Shown here one piece after another: positions 1 through 10,002 of a stretch of 64,000 nucleotides of DNA. The first letter of the stretch is position 1, and every line of letters starts with the position of its first letter. The position numbers and the translations under genes were made by a program. The DNA lies in assembly GCA_037447455.1 (NCBI GenBank), contig JBBIGQ010000005.1:84888-148887 (forward strand). The letters are read 5' to 3'. A model generated the notes under the pieces. That model ran no database searches. It was not told where the DNA came from and saw only the letters and a list, made by a program, of their open reading frames with translations. The stretch is from Sphingobacteriaceae bacterium (GTDB lineage: Bacteria; Bacteroidota; Bacteroidia; B-17B0; Aurantibacillaceae).

Positions 1-421
1 GAATTATCAAATCGGGTTTTCTGAAAGGCGGCTTATTCTTTGTGTAGGTGAAATGAATCCTGCTGCTGTCTTCATCAATTGGGCAGCCAAGTTGAATCCA
101 TCTTAGTAGTTTGTCTTTTTCAATTGTGCTCAATATCAACTCATTGGCAAATCGGGAGTAGGTCGTGTCTGCTGGCCAGGGTGGCATTATTCCTGATTCA
201 ATACTAAACCGAATTTTATTAGCGTGTTGTTTAATATCCTGATAAGTAATTAAGCTAAAAGGTCCTGCCCCTGTTGGTTGATGACAAATGGCGCATTTCT
301 GATGAATCACTGTTGCTACTTCTCGAAAGGTGATTGTGTTTGTGTTTTCTGATTGACAAGCTGTCAATGATAAACCTGCAATGCAAAAGAAAAATACATT
401 TTTGTATAAATTAAAACCCAT
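1..421 (-). CDS. Lipoprotein with c-type heme-binding motif (cytochrome c domain protein); 3' end cut by window edge
   Basis: Not in the ORF track because it runs off the window. Manual minus-strand translation from ATG at 421..419 gives MGFNLYKNVFFFCIAGLSLTAC (signal peptide plus lipobox Cys), then VIHQKCAICHQPTGAGPFSLITY (CxxCH) and IMPPWPAD. The frame stays open to position 1. Its start overlaps the stop of the upstream DUF420 gene. Confidence 0.6.
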   Translation of the reverse strand, partial: MGFNLYKNVFFFCIAGLSLTACQSENTNTITFREVATVIHQKCAICHQPTGAGPFSLITYQDIKQHANKIRFSIESGIMPPWPADTTYSRFANELILSTIEKDKLLRWIQLGCPIDEDSSRIHFTYTKNKPPFRKPDLII

Positions 422-986
422 AGTAAGGTCTCAAAAATACATAAACAATTGGTCCGGTAAAACATACATATAACCATAATGGATAAGCCCATCGAACAAT
501 TTTCCGATGCTTATCTATCTTTTTATTCAGTCCAAAATAAAACGCCATCAAAACGAGTGGGAAGGTAACAGCCGCCAATATAATATGCGTCAGAAGTATA
601 AACAGATACATTTTTCTTGAAACACGCACTCTCTCTAATTCCTGTGCTTCTAAAATTCCATTATGATTGGCATCACCGTATAGGGTTTCCGGTAAGAAAT
701 AATGCGCTATCACATACGAAATTAAAAACAAAGCACTTAAAAAAAAGGCCCATAAATTTAGTTTCTTATGCCAATGGATATTTTTTCGTTTTATGGAGAA
801 AAGCGAAAATAAGAGTAATAGGAAGGACATACTATTCAGAATAGCATTTAAAGCCGGTAAATAGTAAACAAAAGAAGGTATATGGAGCGGTGGCTCAATT
901 ATCTTCCGATTGAGAATAAGTACTACCGCTAACACTATTGTACTTAACAGGGCTACTATAAATTTGATACTTTTTTCTGAAATCAT
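411..986 (-). CDS. DUF420 family membrane protein (often linked to cytochrome oxidase / SCO loci)
   Basis: 191 aa with multiple TM segments. The C-terminal KHRKIVRWAYPLWLYVCFTGPIVYVFL and central HWHKK..SYVIAHY match my recollection of the DUF420 pattern. Translationally coupled to the heme-motif lipoprotein downstream. Confidence 0.7.
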   Translation of the reverse strand: MISEKSIKFIVALLSTIVLAVVLILNRKIIEPPLHIPSFVYYLPALNAILNSMSFLLLLFSLFSIKRKNIHWHKKLNLWAFFLSALFLISYVIAHYFLPETLYGDANHNGILEAQELERVRVSRKMYLFILLTHIILAAVTFPLVLMAFYFGLNKKIDKHRKIVRWAYPLWLYVCFTGPIVYVFLRPYYGF

Positions 987-1044
987 AAATTGGAGTATGG
1001 ATTTATCACATTATCTTATTTCAGGTTTTCTGAATAAAATCGGA

Positions 1045-1052
1045 CAAATGTA
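1045..1052 (-). promoter_or_regulatory. Candidate Bacteroidota -7 box (TACATTTG) for the DUF420 / cytochrome c pair
   Basis: The reverse complement of caaatgta is TACATTTG, an exact match to the TAnnTTTG consensus. It lies about 60 nt upstream of the ATG at 986. Confidence 0.35.
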
Positions 1053-1157
1053 TGTATTTGTTTTTTATGCCGCTATTATCTTTTAAAACGAAATTATGCT
1101 TTACAAATGTTCTGTTTTCAAGCCTTCAATCTCTTTGAAGGAATCGGTTTAATTATT

Positions 1158-2201
1158 TTACGGTTCATTTTCTTTTTGAATATGAAGTACTCTTTGCGGA
1201 AAAGGAATTTCTATACCTTTTTCTTTGAATGTACTGTGAATCAATTTTATAGATTTATGTGCCAAGACAAACTGGTATTCATAATTTTCGCAGGCCAGTA
1301 TGAGTCGAAACTGGATAGCACTGTCTCCAAAAGCATAAAAACGAACGACCGGTTCAAAATCTTTAATACCACCATCATTTTCCAATAGAATTTTTTTTCC
1401 TATATCTATTAAAACTTTCTCTACTTGGTCCAGGTCTGAATCATAGGACACACTTCCTTCTACTCTAAACAACAATTTTCTTTCAGGCAAGTGCATATTG
1501 ACAATCATTGATTGGGAAAATTTTGTATTGGGTACTACGATTACATTCCCCTGCGGGGTTTCTACCAGAGTATTTCGCCATGTAATATCTTTAATAACAC
1601 CTTCATTGGCACTGTCAATTCTGATAAAATCGCCCGGTCTCACTTGTTTTGAAACCAATATCTGAATACCTGCAAAAAAATTACTTAAAGTATCCTGTAA
1701 AGCCAGAGCAACAGCCAATCCTCCAACTCCAAGGGTAGTGATAATTGGGGTGATAGAAATACCTAAATATTGCAGAATAATCATTATACCAATACTAAAT
1801 ACTACTATTTTAATGATGTTGGTAAAAACAGACACAGAACCCGCTAAACCAGATACTTTGGAAGTATAATGTTTTGTCAGTTCCACTAATAGCCGTGCTA
1901 TAAAAAGTGTAAATGAAAAAATAATGAGGCACCAGAATAATTTGATTAAAATACCATGTGCCTGTGGTCTAATCGGAAATTGATGTAAAGAAATATAAAT
2001 ACCTCCTGCCCCGAACCAGAATATAATCAAATGATGAAAGGAATGCACCAAAATATCATCAATTACAGATTCTGTTTTATAGGCAAGTGATTTTAATCTA
2101 TTTAAAGCAAACTTCTCTGCAAACCAACCTGCTATAAAAGCAATTAAAATGATGGCAGATGGAATTAAATATACTTTGACATCTTCAGATAAACTTCCCA
2201 T
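1158..2201 (-). CDS. Mechanosensitive ion channel, MscS family
   Basis: 347 aa with N-terminal TM helices followed by GVGGLAVALALQDTLSNFFAGIQILVSKQVRPGDFIRI, the typical MscS pore helix and beta-domain signature. Confidence 0.85.
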   Translation of the reverse strand: MGSLSEDVKVYLIPSAIILIAFIAGWFAEKFALNRLKSLAYKTESVIDDILVHSFHHLIIFWFGAGGIYISLHQFPIRPQAHGILIKLFWCLIIFSFTLFIARLLVELTKHYTSKVSGLAGSVSVFTNIIKIVVFSIGIMIILQYLGISITPIITTLGVGGLAVALALQDTLSNFFAGIQILVSKQVRPGDFIRIDSANEGVIKDITWRNTLVETPQGNVIVVPNTKFSQSMIVNMHLPERKLLFRVEGSVSYDSDLDQVEKVLIDIGKKILLENDGGIKDFEPVVRFYAFGDSAIQFRLILACENYEYQFVLAHKSIKLIHSTFKEKGIEIPFPQRVLHIQKENEP

Positions 2202-2278
2202 ACTTGAATTTCATTTTATTAAAAACTACAATTAAACAAACTATAATCTCTCTTTCCTTCGGGAAACATATAGCCAGA

Positions 2279-5200
2279 TTATGCCTTGCTATAGACATTC
2301 TTATTAGCAGATTCGGTATTTTTATCAAAATCCACTACTATCGGCGTTGAAATACATAATGAAGAATAAGTACCAATAATTCTACCTATCAATAAAGCAA
2401 AGATAAATCCGCGAATACTTTCACCACCAAACACAAAGATAACAACTAACACAAAGAATACTGTTAATGATGTTAGAATAGTACGACTTAAAGTGCTGTT
2501 TAAAGCATAATTAATTAAGTAGATTCTTTCCTGCCCTTTGACATCGTCTTTACCGCTTTCAGCAAGTCGTTCTCTGATTCTGTCAAATACTACCACTGTT
2601 TCGGTCATGGTATATCCCATCACGGTTAAGATGGCTGCAATAAAGTCCTGTCCAATTTCAAGAGAAAACGGCACAATGTTATCAAATATAGTGTAGAATG
2701 AAAGTACAATAAGCACATCATGGAATAAGGCCACTACTGAACCGAGCCCATATTGCCATTTTTTGAAACGAATCACAATGTAGATGAACATAACCAGTGT
2801 TGAGAATAAAATCGCACCATATGCTCCGTACACAATATCGGTAGCAATAGTAGGTCCTACTTTTTGTTGTTGTAAAATTTCGTATTGAATATTTAATGTG
2901 TTCAATCCGCTTTGAATGGCTTTTTCAGCATCACTGTCAGCATTGGTCGAATTATCATCTACTTTGTAGGTGGTTGTAACTTTTACTTGATTAGCACTAC
3001 CTATTGTTTTCACTTCGGGCGTTTCGTTTAATGCATTCATTAATGCTTTTTTGACATCTTCCGTATTTACATCCTTCTCAAAGCGTATAGAATACGTTCT
3101 GCCACCTTTGAAGTCAACACCTAAATTAAATCCACCATTTTTAAAGTAGAAAATTATTCCTAATAAGATAATTACAGAAGATAAAGCGTAATACAACTTT
3201 CTTTTCTCAACAAATTTAATGTTCACGTTTTTGAAAGCATTTCTGGTAAAATTATTATCAAATGTGATTTCTTGTTTTTTCTCTAACATCCAATCAAATA
3301 TCAATCTGGATAAGAGTACAGCGGCAAATAATGATGAGCCAATACCAATTAATAAGGTGGTTGCAAAACCTTGTACGGGGCCTGAACCGAAAGTCATCAG
3401 TATAATCGCAAGAATAGCCAGTGTTGCATTGGAGTCAATAATGGAAGACATGGCGTGTTTGTAACCTTCTTTAATGGCATTTGTCATAGATTTCCCTGAT
3501 GCCAGTTCTTCCCGAACTCTTTCAAATATCAAAATATTAGCATCTACCGCTAAACCAATTGTCAGTACTATACCTGCAATACCGGGTAAAGTCAATACTG
3601 CTCCTAAGGAAGTTAGGATGCCCATGATGAAAAACATATTTACAATCAAAACAATATCTGCTACAATACCGGCTTTATTGTAATACAGAACCATAAATAT
3701 AAGTATAACTACTAATGCAATCAGGAAAGAGTTTAATCCGGATTGTATGGCTTCTTTACCAAGGGTAGGACCTACGATATTTTCTTCTACAACGCGGGCG
3801 GGAGCAGGCAATTTACCAGCACTCAATATCGCTACAAGTGCATCGGCTTCTTCAGGAGTAAAGTCCCCGGTAATTTGGGATTGTCCTCCCGAAATTTCAG
3901 ATTGTACTCTTGGTGCACTGTACACCATATTGTCCATGACGATAGCAATGCATCTACCTTGCTTATTCCCTTCTGGTTTGTTGGCACGGGTTAAGAGTTC
4001 CCATTTTTTAGCGGCTTCACTATTCATCGTCATGCTGATGTATGGATGGCCGCCGCTTCTTTGGTCAAAGTCCTTGCGGGCAGAGGTAATAATATCACCA
4101 TATAAGGCCGCTTTTTCGTTTTTATCTGTCACTTTGATAGCATACAGTTCAAATGCTTCAATACCTTTTTCTTTATCCATGAGTTTAGCTTTGGCGCTCC
4201 ACATGAATTTTAACTTAGAAGGCAATACAGATTTTACTTTGGGATGATGAAGCCAGTAATTTACTTTGGCGGTATCTGATTTAAAGGCATATCCGACAAC
4301 TGGTCCTGGGGCGTAATAATATTGTTTGCCATCTGAGTAGATATTGGGTTTGAGTGGTGAAATTTGAGAATATAAAGGGAAACGGTTCATCGCATTTTGA
4401 TAGGCAGTGTCTTGTTGTGCTTGGGCGGGTGCTGCCATTGGTTTAATAGAAGAATCTTTGGTAGTGGTATTGGTGGTAGTAGAGGCAGTTTTAGTAGTGT
4501 CTTTAATAGATGTTTGCGTTGAATCTTTTTTTACATTGATAGTATCTAATAACAGGCGAATTTTTTCATTGGCTTTTTCAAGATATTGAGCGACTTCAGT
4601 ATTTTCATAGGTTTCCCAGAATTCTAAGTTAGCAGTACCTTGTAAAAGTTCTCTTACTCTGGCTTTATCTTTTACGCCGGGCAATTCTACTAAAATCCGT
4701 CCTGTATTGCCCAAAGAGCGAATGTTGGGTTGTGTTACTCCAAAACGGTCAATGCGAGAGCGTAAAGTTTTTTCTGCATTGGCGATGGCTTCATCTACCT
4801 GTTCTTTGACAAATTGAATAGCCTTATCGTTGGAAGCGTTATAGTCAATTTTTCCTTTGTTTTCAGGGGTTTGAAAGAGGGTGGCTAATTTTCCGTTAGG
4901 GTTTAGTTTTTGGTATTCTTTGTAAAATAGAGTTACAAAATCATCATTATTAATTTTACCATACTTTTTTTGTGATTCAGTTAATGCTTTTTGGAAAGCG
5001 GGGTCTTGTGAGTTGTTAGTAAGATTACGAATAATATCGGGGACAGAAACTTCCAGTGTTACATTCATTCCACCTTTTAGGTCCAAACCTAAATTGAGTT
5101 CTCTTCTTTTAACATCTTCGTAAGTGTAGGAAGTAATAAAAATATCATAGACAGATTGTTTTTTTATAGAATCTAAATAATGTTCTGCAATTTGATTTTT

Positions 5201-5410
5201 GAGTGAATCTATAAAGGATTGATAAGCCGATGGATTGTTTTGAGATTTTTCTTTTGCTAATTTTTGATATTGAGGTAAATTGACTTTTTGTTCGGCATAT
5301 TCTTCTGCTTCTGCTTCAATACTTCTTGCTTTCCATGTAAAGGACAAATAGAAAATACATGCTAATGCCATTAAAATTGTAAAAACCTTGATAAATCCTT
5401 TGTTTTGCAT
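2279..5410 (-). CDS. secDF: Protein translocase subunit SecDF (fused SecD-SecF)
   Basis: 1043 aa with the fused architecture typical of Bacteroidota. Two 6-TM blocks with large periplasmic domains. SecD-like LGLDLKGGMNVTLEV and SecF-like LGVDFKGGRTY motifs. Confidence 0.95.
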   Translation of the reverse strand: MQNKGFIKVFTILMALACIFYLSFTWKARSIEAEAEEYAEQKVNLPQYQKLAKEKSQNNPSAYQSFIDSLKNQIAEHYLDSIKKQSVYDIFITSYTYEDVKRRELNLGLDLKGGMNVTLEVSVPDIIRNLTNNSQDPAFQKALTESQKKYGKINNDDFVTLFYKEYQKLNPNGKLATLFQTPENKGKIDYNASNDKAIQFVKEQVDEAIANAEKTLRSRIDRFGVTQPNIRSLGNTGRILVELPGVKDKARVRELLQGTANLEFWETYENTEVAQYLEKANEKIRLLLDTINVKKDSTQTSIKDTTKTASTTTNTTTKDSSIKPMAAPAQAQQDTAYQNAMNRFPLYSQISPLKPNIYSDGKQYYYAPGPVVGYAFKSDTAKVNYWLHHPKVKSVLPSKLKFMWSAKAKLMDKEKGIEAFELYAIKVTDKNEKAALYGDIITSARKDFDQRSGGHPYISMTMNSEAAKKWELLTRANKPEGNKQGRCIAIVMDNMVYSAPRVQSEISGGQSQITGDFTPEEADALVAILSAGKLPAPARVVEENIVGPTLGKEAIQSGLNSFLIALVVILIFMVLYYNKAGIVADIVLIVNMFFIMGILTSLGAVLTLPGIAGIVLTIGLAVDANILIFERVREELASGKSMTNAIKEGYKHAMSSIIDSNATLAILAIILMTFGSGPVQGFATTLLIGIGSSLFAAVLLSRLIFDWMLEKKQEITFDNNFTRNAFKNVNIKFVEKRKLYYALSSVIILLGIIFYFKNGGFNLGVDFKGGRTYSIRFEKDVNTEDVKKALMNALNETPEVKTIGSANQVKVTTTYKVDDNSTNADSDAEKAIQSGLNTLNIQYEILQQQKVGPTIATDIVYGAYGAILFSTLVMFIYIVIRFKKWQYGLGSVVALFHDVLIVLSFYTIFDNIVPFSLEIGQDFIAAILTVMGYTMTETVVVFDRIRERLAESGKDDVKGQERIYLINYALNSTLSRTILTSLTVFFVLVVIFVFGGESIRGFIFALLIGRIIGTYSSLCISTPIVVDFDKNTESANKNVYSKA

Positions 5411-5590
5411 AAGACGTTTTATTTTTAAAGAGGCGGCAAGTTTAGGGAAATAAATACAGATTTCAAAATTTTGTAGATGGATTTTTAAGTAAGATATATT
5501 GCAAAGTAAATTAGAAAAACTAGTTCATGTTTTTTATTTGCTTGTGTTCATTGTTAAGGATTGTCTTATTTAATTTTTGTTTGGTTTAAA

Positions 5591-5629
5591 TAAAAAAGCC
5601 CTTCCGAAAGTAAATTCTTTGAAGGGCTT
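5591..5629 (-). terminator. Rho-independent terminator downstream of the T9SS-CTD gene
   Basis: On the minus strand, AAGCCCTTC (5629..5621) pairs with GAAGGGCTT (5604..5596), with extra inner pairs. The hairpin is followed by TTTTTTA. Confidence 0.7.
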
Positions 5630-5653
5630 TTTAGAGAAAGAGTAATTGAACAA

Positions 5654-6601
5654 TTAGTGCGTTACAACTAATTTACCATTTGCATTAATCTCGCCAGCAG
5701 CATTGCTTACTTGATAAAAGTAAACTCCGGAAGGTAATGCTTCTACATTAAATCTGTTATCTAATGCGCTGGTTACGGGAACGGTTAAAACTACTTTTCC
5801 AGTGATGTCAAACAATTTAAGAGTTCCACCGATATTCAAAGCAGAGGTTGTAAATCTAACCATATCACTGGCTGGATTAGGAGCAAAACGAGTATTTACA
5901 AAGTTCAATACTGGTGCTGTTACACCGGTTACAATAGTAAGAGTTAAATCATCCATATTAAGTGTAGAAGTATAACCGGAGGATGCTTCAGTAATGCTAT
6001 CTGCGCCAGGCCAATAGGAAGAAAGTGCTATAATCCAGAGGGTATCGGGTACACCTGCTGTTACACTTACTGCAGGTTGAGTCATGTTTTGAAATCCAGT
6101 GGTGTTATTGGTTATTAGAATAAAAGCATCGTCAATAAGGTCTTGACTTGTTCCATTCCATTTGGTGGTTTGGCAAAATACTACTGCTGTATCATTTCCA
6201 CCGGGGGCTGTAATGGTATATCTAAAGAATCCACCGAAGGCAGTTAAGTTCTGAGTGAACGGAATTCCATAAATACCTACATTAGCTGTTGAAGTGCCTG
6301 CTGTTCCTAACCAAGCGATTCCTTGTAAATCCCCAATTCCTAATCCATTGTAATCCTGACTTTGAATCTTAATAGAATAATTGCCTGAATTTTTGTTAGT
6401 TGAGTCCTGGAAATAAGTAGAGATCATTCCATTAGGAATACCATAGAGCAATCCAATGTCATTGTACCCACTCCAGTTAGCGGCTTTACTTGTGTTTGTC
6501 CATGTTGTTTCAAAGCCCGCATTAGGTAATGCGTAAGGTGTTTGAGCATTCACGCTCATTGCTGCGATAATCGCACTTGCTGAAAGTAAAACTTTTTTCA
6601 T
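5654..6601 (-). CDS. Secreted protein with T9SS C-terminal sorting domain
   Basis: 315 aa with signal peptide MKKVLLSASAIIAAMSVNAQ. The C-terminus APNPASDMVRF...LFDITGKVV...LPSGVYFYQV...GKLVVTH matches the type A Por/T9SS CTD pattern. Confidence 0.7.
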   Translation of the reverse strand: MKKVLLSASAIIAAMSVNAQTPYALPNAGFETTWTNTSKAANWSGYNDIGLLYGIPNGMISTYFQDSTNKNSGNYSIKIQSQDYNGLGIGDLQGIAWLGTAGTSTANVGIYGIPFTQNLTAFGGFFRYTITAPGGNDTAVVFCQTTKWNGTSQDLIDDAFILITNNTTGFQNMTQPAVSVTAGVPDTLWIIALSSYWPGADSITEASSGYTSTLNMDDLTLTIVTGVTAPVLNFVNTRFAPNPASDMVRFTTSALNIGGTLKLFDITGKVVLTVPVTSALDNRFNVEALPSGVYFYQVSNAAGEINANGKLVVTH

Positions 6602-6638
6602 AGTTTTTTTGTTTTGTTTTTAGGGTTATTGATGCGGG

Positions 6639-6646
6639 CAAATATA
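6639..6646 (-). promoter_or_regulatory. Candidate -7 box (TATATTTG) for the T9SS-CTD gene
   Basis: The reverse complement of caaatata is TATATTTG, followed by CCCGC. It lies 38 nt upstream of the ATG at 6601. Confidence 0.4.
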
Positions 6647-6732
6647 TAGAATATTTTTTATTCATAGGTTAAAAAATGATTAGTATTTTTCTACTATGTA
6701 CGCCTCTTTTTTTAATCTTACGATTTGTTCCT

Positions 6733-6740
6733 TAGTTTTG
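6733..6740 (+). promoter_or_regulatory. Candidate -7 box (TAGTTTTG) for ispG
   Basis: Exact TAnnTTTG match 17 nt upstream of the ATG at 6757. Confidence 0.4.
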
Positions 6741-6756
6741 CACAAAAAATTTGGGA

Positions 6757-8691
6757 ATGGGTTACGTCAAATTAAATACAATAGAAGTAAACATTGGTGA
6801 TTTAAAGATGGGGGGGGAATACCCTATCAGAGTACAAAGCATGACCACATCAGATACTTTAAACACAAAAGCAGTAGTAGAAGAGTGTATTCGTTTGATA
6901 AATGTGGGTTGTGAATTGATTCGCATTACTACACCAAGCATAAAAGAAGCCGAGAATTTATTAAACATCAAAAAGCAACTTAAAAATCATGGCTATAACA
7001 TCCCGCTTTGTGCGGATATTCATTATACCCCTAATGCCGCTGAACTTGCTGCAAGAATTGTTGAAAAGGTTCGTGTTAATCCCGGCAATTATGCCGATAA
7101 GAAAAAATTTGAATTGAAAGAATATTCCGATGCTGAATATCAATTAGAATTAGAGCGTATTCGTGAAAAATTTTTGCCTTTGGTAAAAGTGTGCAAGGAA
7201 TATGGTACGGGATTGAGAGTCGGCACCAATCACGGTTCTTTGAGTGATAGAATTTTAAGTCGTTATGGGGATACACCGCAAGGAATGGTAGAAAGTGCAA
7301 TGGAATTTGTGAGAATTTGCGAAGACGAGGGATTTAAAAACATTGTCATTTCAATGAAAGCAAGCAACCCATTGGTAATGATTGAAGCGTATCGGCTATT
7401 GGTGCATACGATGATACAAAACAGGACTTTGTATCCAATTCATTTAGGCGTTACAGAAGCGGGTGATGGAGAAGATGGCAGAATTAAATCGGCCATTGGT
7501 ATTGGTACTTTATTAGAAGATGGCATTGGTGATACGGTGAGAGTTTCTTTAACCGAACCTTCTGAAAAAGAAATTCCTGCTGCAAAGAAGTTGGTAGAAC
7601 CTTACAATCATTTTTTGGAAAAAAATTACCATAACATTCATGAATGGCTTTTGAACGATCATCCTAAATGGCATTATCCGAGGAATAATTTTTCTATTAA
7701 TAAAGCAATTACAAAAATTAAAAACATTGGAAACGAAGCTGTGCCTGTAGTAATTCATTCCATTCAAAACAATGTTCAAGAAAGTGTCAAACCATCTCAT
7801 TTATTCAGTGCAGGATACAATTATAGTGTGCAAGCAGACAAGTGGAATTTAACGGACTTTGCGGCTGATTATGTGTACATTGGCGATGATACTATTCACT
7901 TTGATTTGCCGGGAAATATCGGCATTATTCAGAGTTATGAAACATGGAAACAATCTAAAAGGGCACAACATTTTCCATTGTTGAATATGCGTGATTTAAC
8001 GAGCGGAAAAGAATTTCACGAACAATTAAACTTTGTATTAATACAATCGGAAGAGTTACAGGATATTGAAAAAGTTGAGTTACCAGCAGTGTTTATTATT
8101 GAAATTAAAAATGAATTTTTCATAGCAGGAAAATTAAAAGAAAATTTGGAATTATTTTATCAAAAGCATTCATCTCCGATAATTTTTAAGTTCTCGATAA
8201 ATAGCAATGATGTAGAAAAAGAAATTTTAGATATTTCTAAAAAAGCAGGTTATTTGTTTACCTATAAATTTGGCAATGGAATAATGATTTGCAACGATAA
8301 AAACATGAGAGGTTTTAATGCACAACAAATGAATCGTTTGATGTTTGATAGCTTACAAGGATTACGAGAACGGATAAGTAAAACAGAGTATATTGCTTGC
8401 CCTTCTTGTGGCCGGACGTTGTTTGACTTACAGGAGACAACGCAAAAGATTAAGGAAAAAACATCGCACTTAAAAGGATTGAAAATTGGGATTATGGGAT
8501 GTATTGTTAATGGTCCCGGTGAAATGGCTGATGCTGACTTTGGGTATGTAGGTACTGGACCGGGCAAAGTATCTTTATACAAAGGGCATACGGTTGTGAA
8601 AAGAAATATTCCGGAAGAACAAGCCGTGGATGAATTGATTAAGTTGATTAAAGAATATGGAATGTATAGAGACGCAAAAAGTGATGAGTAG
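6757..8691 (+). CDS. ispG: 4-hydroxy-3-methylbut-2-en-1-yl diphosphate synthase, long form with inserted domain
   Basis: GEYPIRVQSMT N-terminal TIM-barrel signature. C-terminal 4Fe-4S ligands CPSCGRT ... GCIVNGPGE. About 640 aa, the long plant/Chlamydia/Bacteroidota type. The ORF track starts at TTG 6751; ATG 6757 is preferred. Confidence 0.93.
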   Translation: MGYVKLNTIEVNIGDLKMGGEYPIRVQSMTTSDTLNTKAVVEECIRLINVGCELIRITTPSIKEAENLLNIKKQLKNHGYNIPLCADIHYTPNAAELAARIVEKVRVNPGNYADKKKFELKEYSDAEYQLELERIREKFLPLVKVCKEYGTGLRVGTNHGSLSDRILSRYGDTPQGMVESAMEFVRICEDEGFKNIVISMKASNPLVMIEAYRLLVHTMIQNRTLYPIHLGVTEAGDGEDGRIKSAIGIGTLLEDGIGDTVRVSLTEPSEKEIPAAKKLVEPYNHFLEKNYHNIHEWLLNDHPKWHYPRNNFSINKAITKIKNIGNEAVPVVIHSIQNNVQESVKPSHLFSAGYNYSVQADKWNLTDFAADYVYIGDDTIHFDLPGNIGIIQSYETWKQSKRAQHFPLLNMRDLTSGKEFHEQLNFVLIQSEELQDIEKVELPAVFIIEIKNEFFIAGKLKENLELFYQKHSSPIIFKFSINSNDVEKEILDISKKAGYLFTYKFGNGIMICNDKNMRGFNAQQMNRLMFDSLQGLRERISKTEYIACPSCGRTLFDLQETTQKIKEKTSHLKGLKIGIMGCIVNGPGEMADADFGYVGTGPGKVSLYKGHTVVKRNIPEEQAVDELIKLIKEYGMYRDAKSDE

Positions 8692-8776
8692 AAATTTCTG
8701 AATTATGAATTTGTAATTGAATAAATAATAATTGAAGAAGATTAAAGAGTATAAGCTTTAAAAACAAAGTTGTATA

Positions 8777-9289
8777 ATGAGAAAATTTAAGACGGTGGAG
8801 GAATTTAAGCGTTCCCCAAAAAATCCAATTGTAATTGTTTTAGATAACATAAGAAGTTTGAATAATGTTGGTTCGTTTTTTAGAACAGCAGATAGTTTTT
8901 TGTTAGAAGAGATTATTTTGTGTGGAATAACAGGAAAGCCGCCGCACAGAGAAATTGAAAAAACAGCATTAGGTGCTACACTTTCCGTCGAATGGCTGTA
9001 CTTTGAAAAAACAACACAGGCAATAGAACATCTAAAAAACAAAAATTATGAAGTGTTTGCTGTTGAACAGAATGAAAACAGTGTTTCGTTGCAAAATCTA
9101 TATGTTTCAACGCGTGAGAAAATAGCTGTTATTTTTGGAAACGAGGTAACGGGTATTTCAGAAAATGTACTAAATCTTTGTGATTGCATTGTTGAAATTC
9201 CGCAAATGGGTACCAAATATTCATTGAATGTAGCAGTATGTGGTGGAATAGTATGTTGGGAATTATTAAGAAAAATGCAAAGGATTTAG
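8777..9289 (+). CDS. TrmH/SpoU family RNA 2'-O-methyltransferase
   Basis: Three SpoU motifs are present: NVGSFFRTADSF, VIFGNEVTGIS, and IPQMGTKYSLNVAVCGGIVCWE. Confidence 0.85.
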   Translation: MRKFKTVEEFKRSPKNPIVIVLDNIRSLNNVGSFFRTADSFLLEEIILCGITGKPPHREIEKTALGATLSVEWLYFEKTTQAIEHLKNKNYEVFAVEQNENSVSLQNLYVSTREKIAVIFGNEVTGISENVLNLCDCIVEIPQMGTKYSLNVAVCGGIVCWELLRKMQRI

Positions 9290-9987
9290 ATATTTTTGAG
9301 TAGATGAACGAATTGTTTGACCGTCATGGCATCGTCAATGGAATAATCTCCAATTTTTGTTCTTCTTAAATTATCAAGATAAGCACCACTATTTAAGGCC
9401 TTCCCAAAATCACGGGCAATGGCACGAATGTAAGTGCCTTTACTGCATTCAATTTCAAAATAGGCGAATGGCAATTCAATTTTTGTAATATCAAAACGAT
9501 AAATTACAATTGGTTTGGGAGCAATTTCTACTGCTTTGTTTTCACGTGCCAATTCGTATGCTCTTTTGCCGCCAACATTGACCGCACTAAAAGCTGGTGG
9601 ATGTTGTAGTTGTTGTCCAATAAAGGATTGAGCCGTTTTAAGAATTAAAGCTTCCTCAATGTGTTCAATAGGATATATTTCATCAATTGGTAATTCTTTA
9701 TCAAATGAGGGCGTTGTAGCGCCGAGATAAAAAGCCCCTGTGTATTTTTTTGGCAAATTTTGAATTTCCTGAATATGTTTTGTTTTTTTACCTGTGCATA
9801 CAATTAGTAATCCAGTCGCTAATGGATCCAAGGTGCCGGCGTGTCCTATTTTAATTTTAGTATTTTGATTAAAATGTTTTTGAGTAAACTCGTGAATAGC
9901 GGGTTTAATATAGTTCACAGCATCAAAAGAAGACCAATGGAGGTCTTTGTCAATTAGTACTACTTCTCCTTCACTAAAATTGAACAT
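9286..9987 (-). CDS. truB: tRNA pseudouridine(55) synthase
   Basis: 233 aa with catalytic motif GHAGTLDPLATGLLIV. Converges on the trmH-like gene with a 4-nt overlap. Confidence 0.93.
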   Translation of the reverse strand: MFNFSEGEVVLIDKDLHWSSFDAVNYIKPAIHEFTQKHFNQNTKIKIGHAGTLDPLATGLLIVCTGKKTKHIQEIQNLPKKYTGAFYLGATTPSFDKELPIDEIYPIEHIEEALILKTAQSFIGQQLQHPPAFSAVNVGGKRAYELARENKAVEIAPKPIVIYRFDITKIELPFAYFEIECSKGTYIRAIARDFGKALNSGAYLDNLRRTKIGDYSIDDAMTVKQFVHLLKNI

Positions 9988-10002
9988 TTTTCTTAAAATA
10001 TT

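Noticed and set aside
2250-2263. Small TTTCC-TTCG-GGAAA hairpin downstream of secDF
   Set aside because: The stem is only 5 bp and no T-run follows on the minus strand, so support for a terminator is weak.
3219-4589. Five plus-strand ORFs (60-166 aa) inside the secDF region
   Set aside because: They are antisense shadows of a well-supported 1043-aa gene. Their sequences are low-complexity with no recognisable motif or start context.
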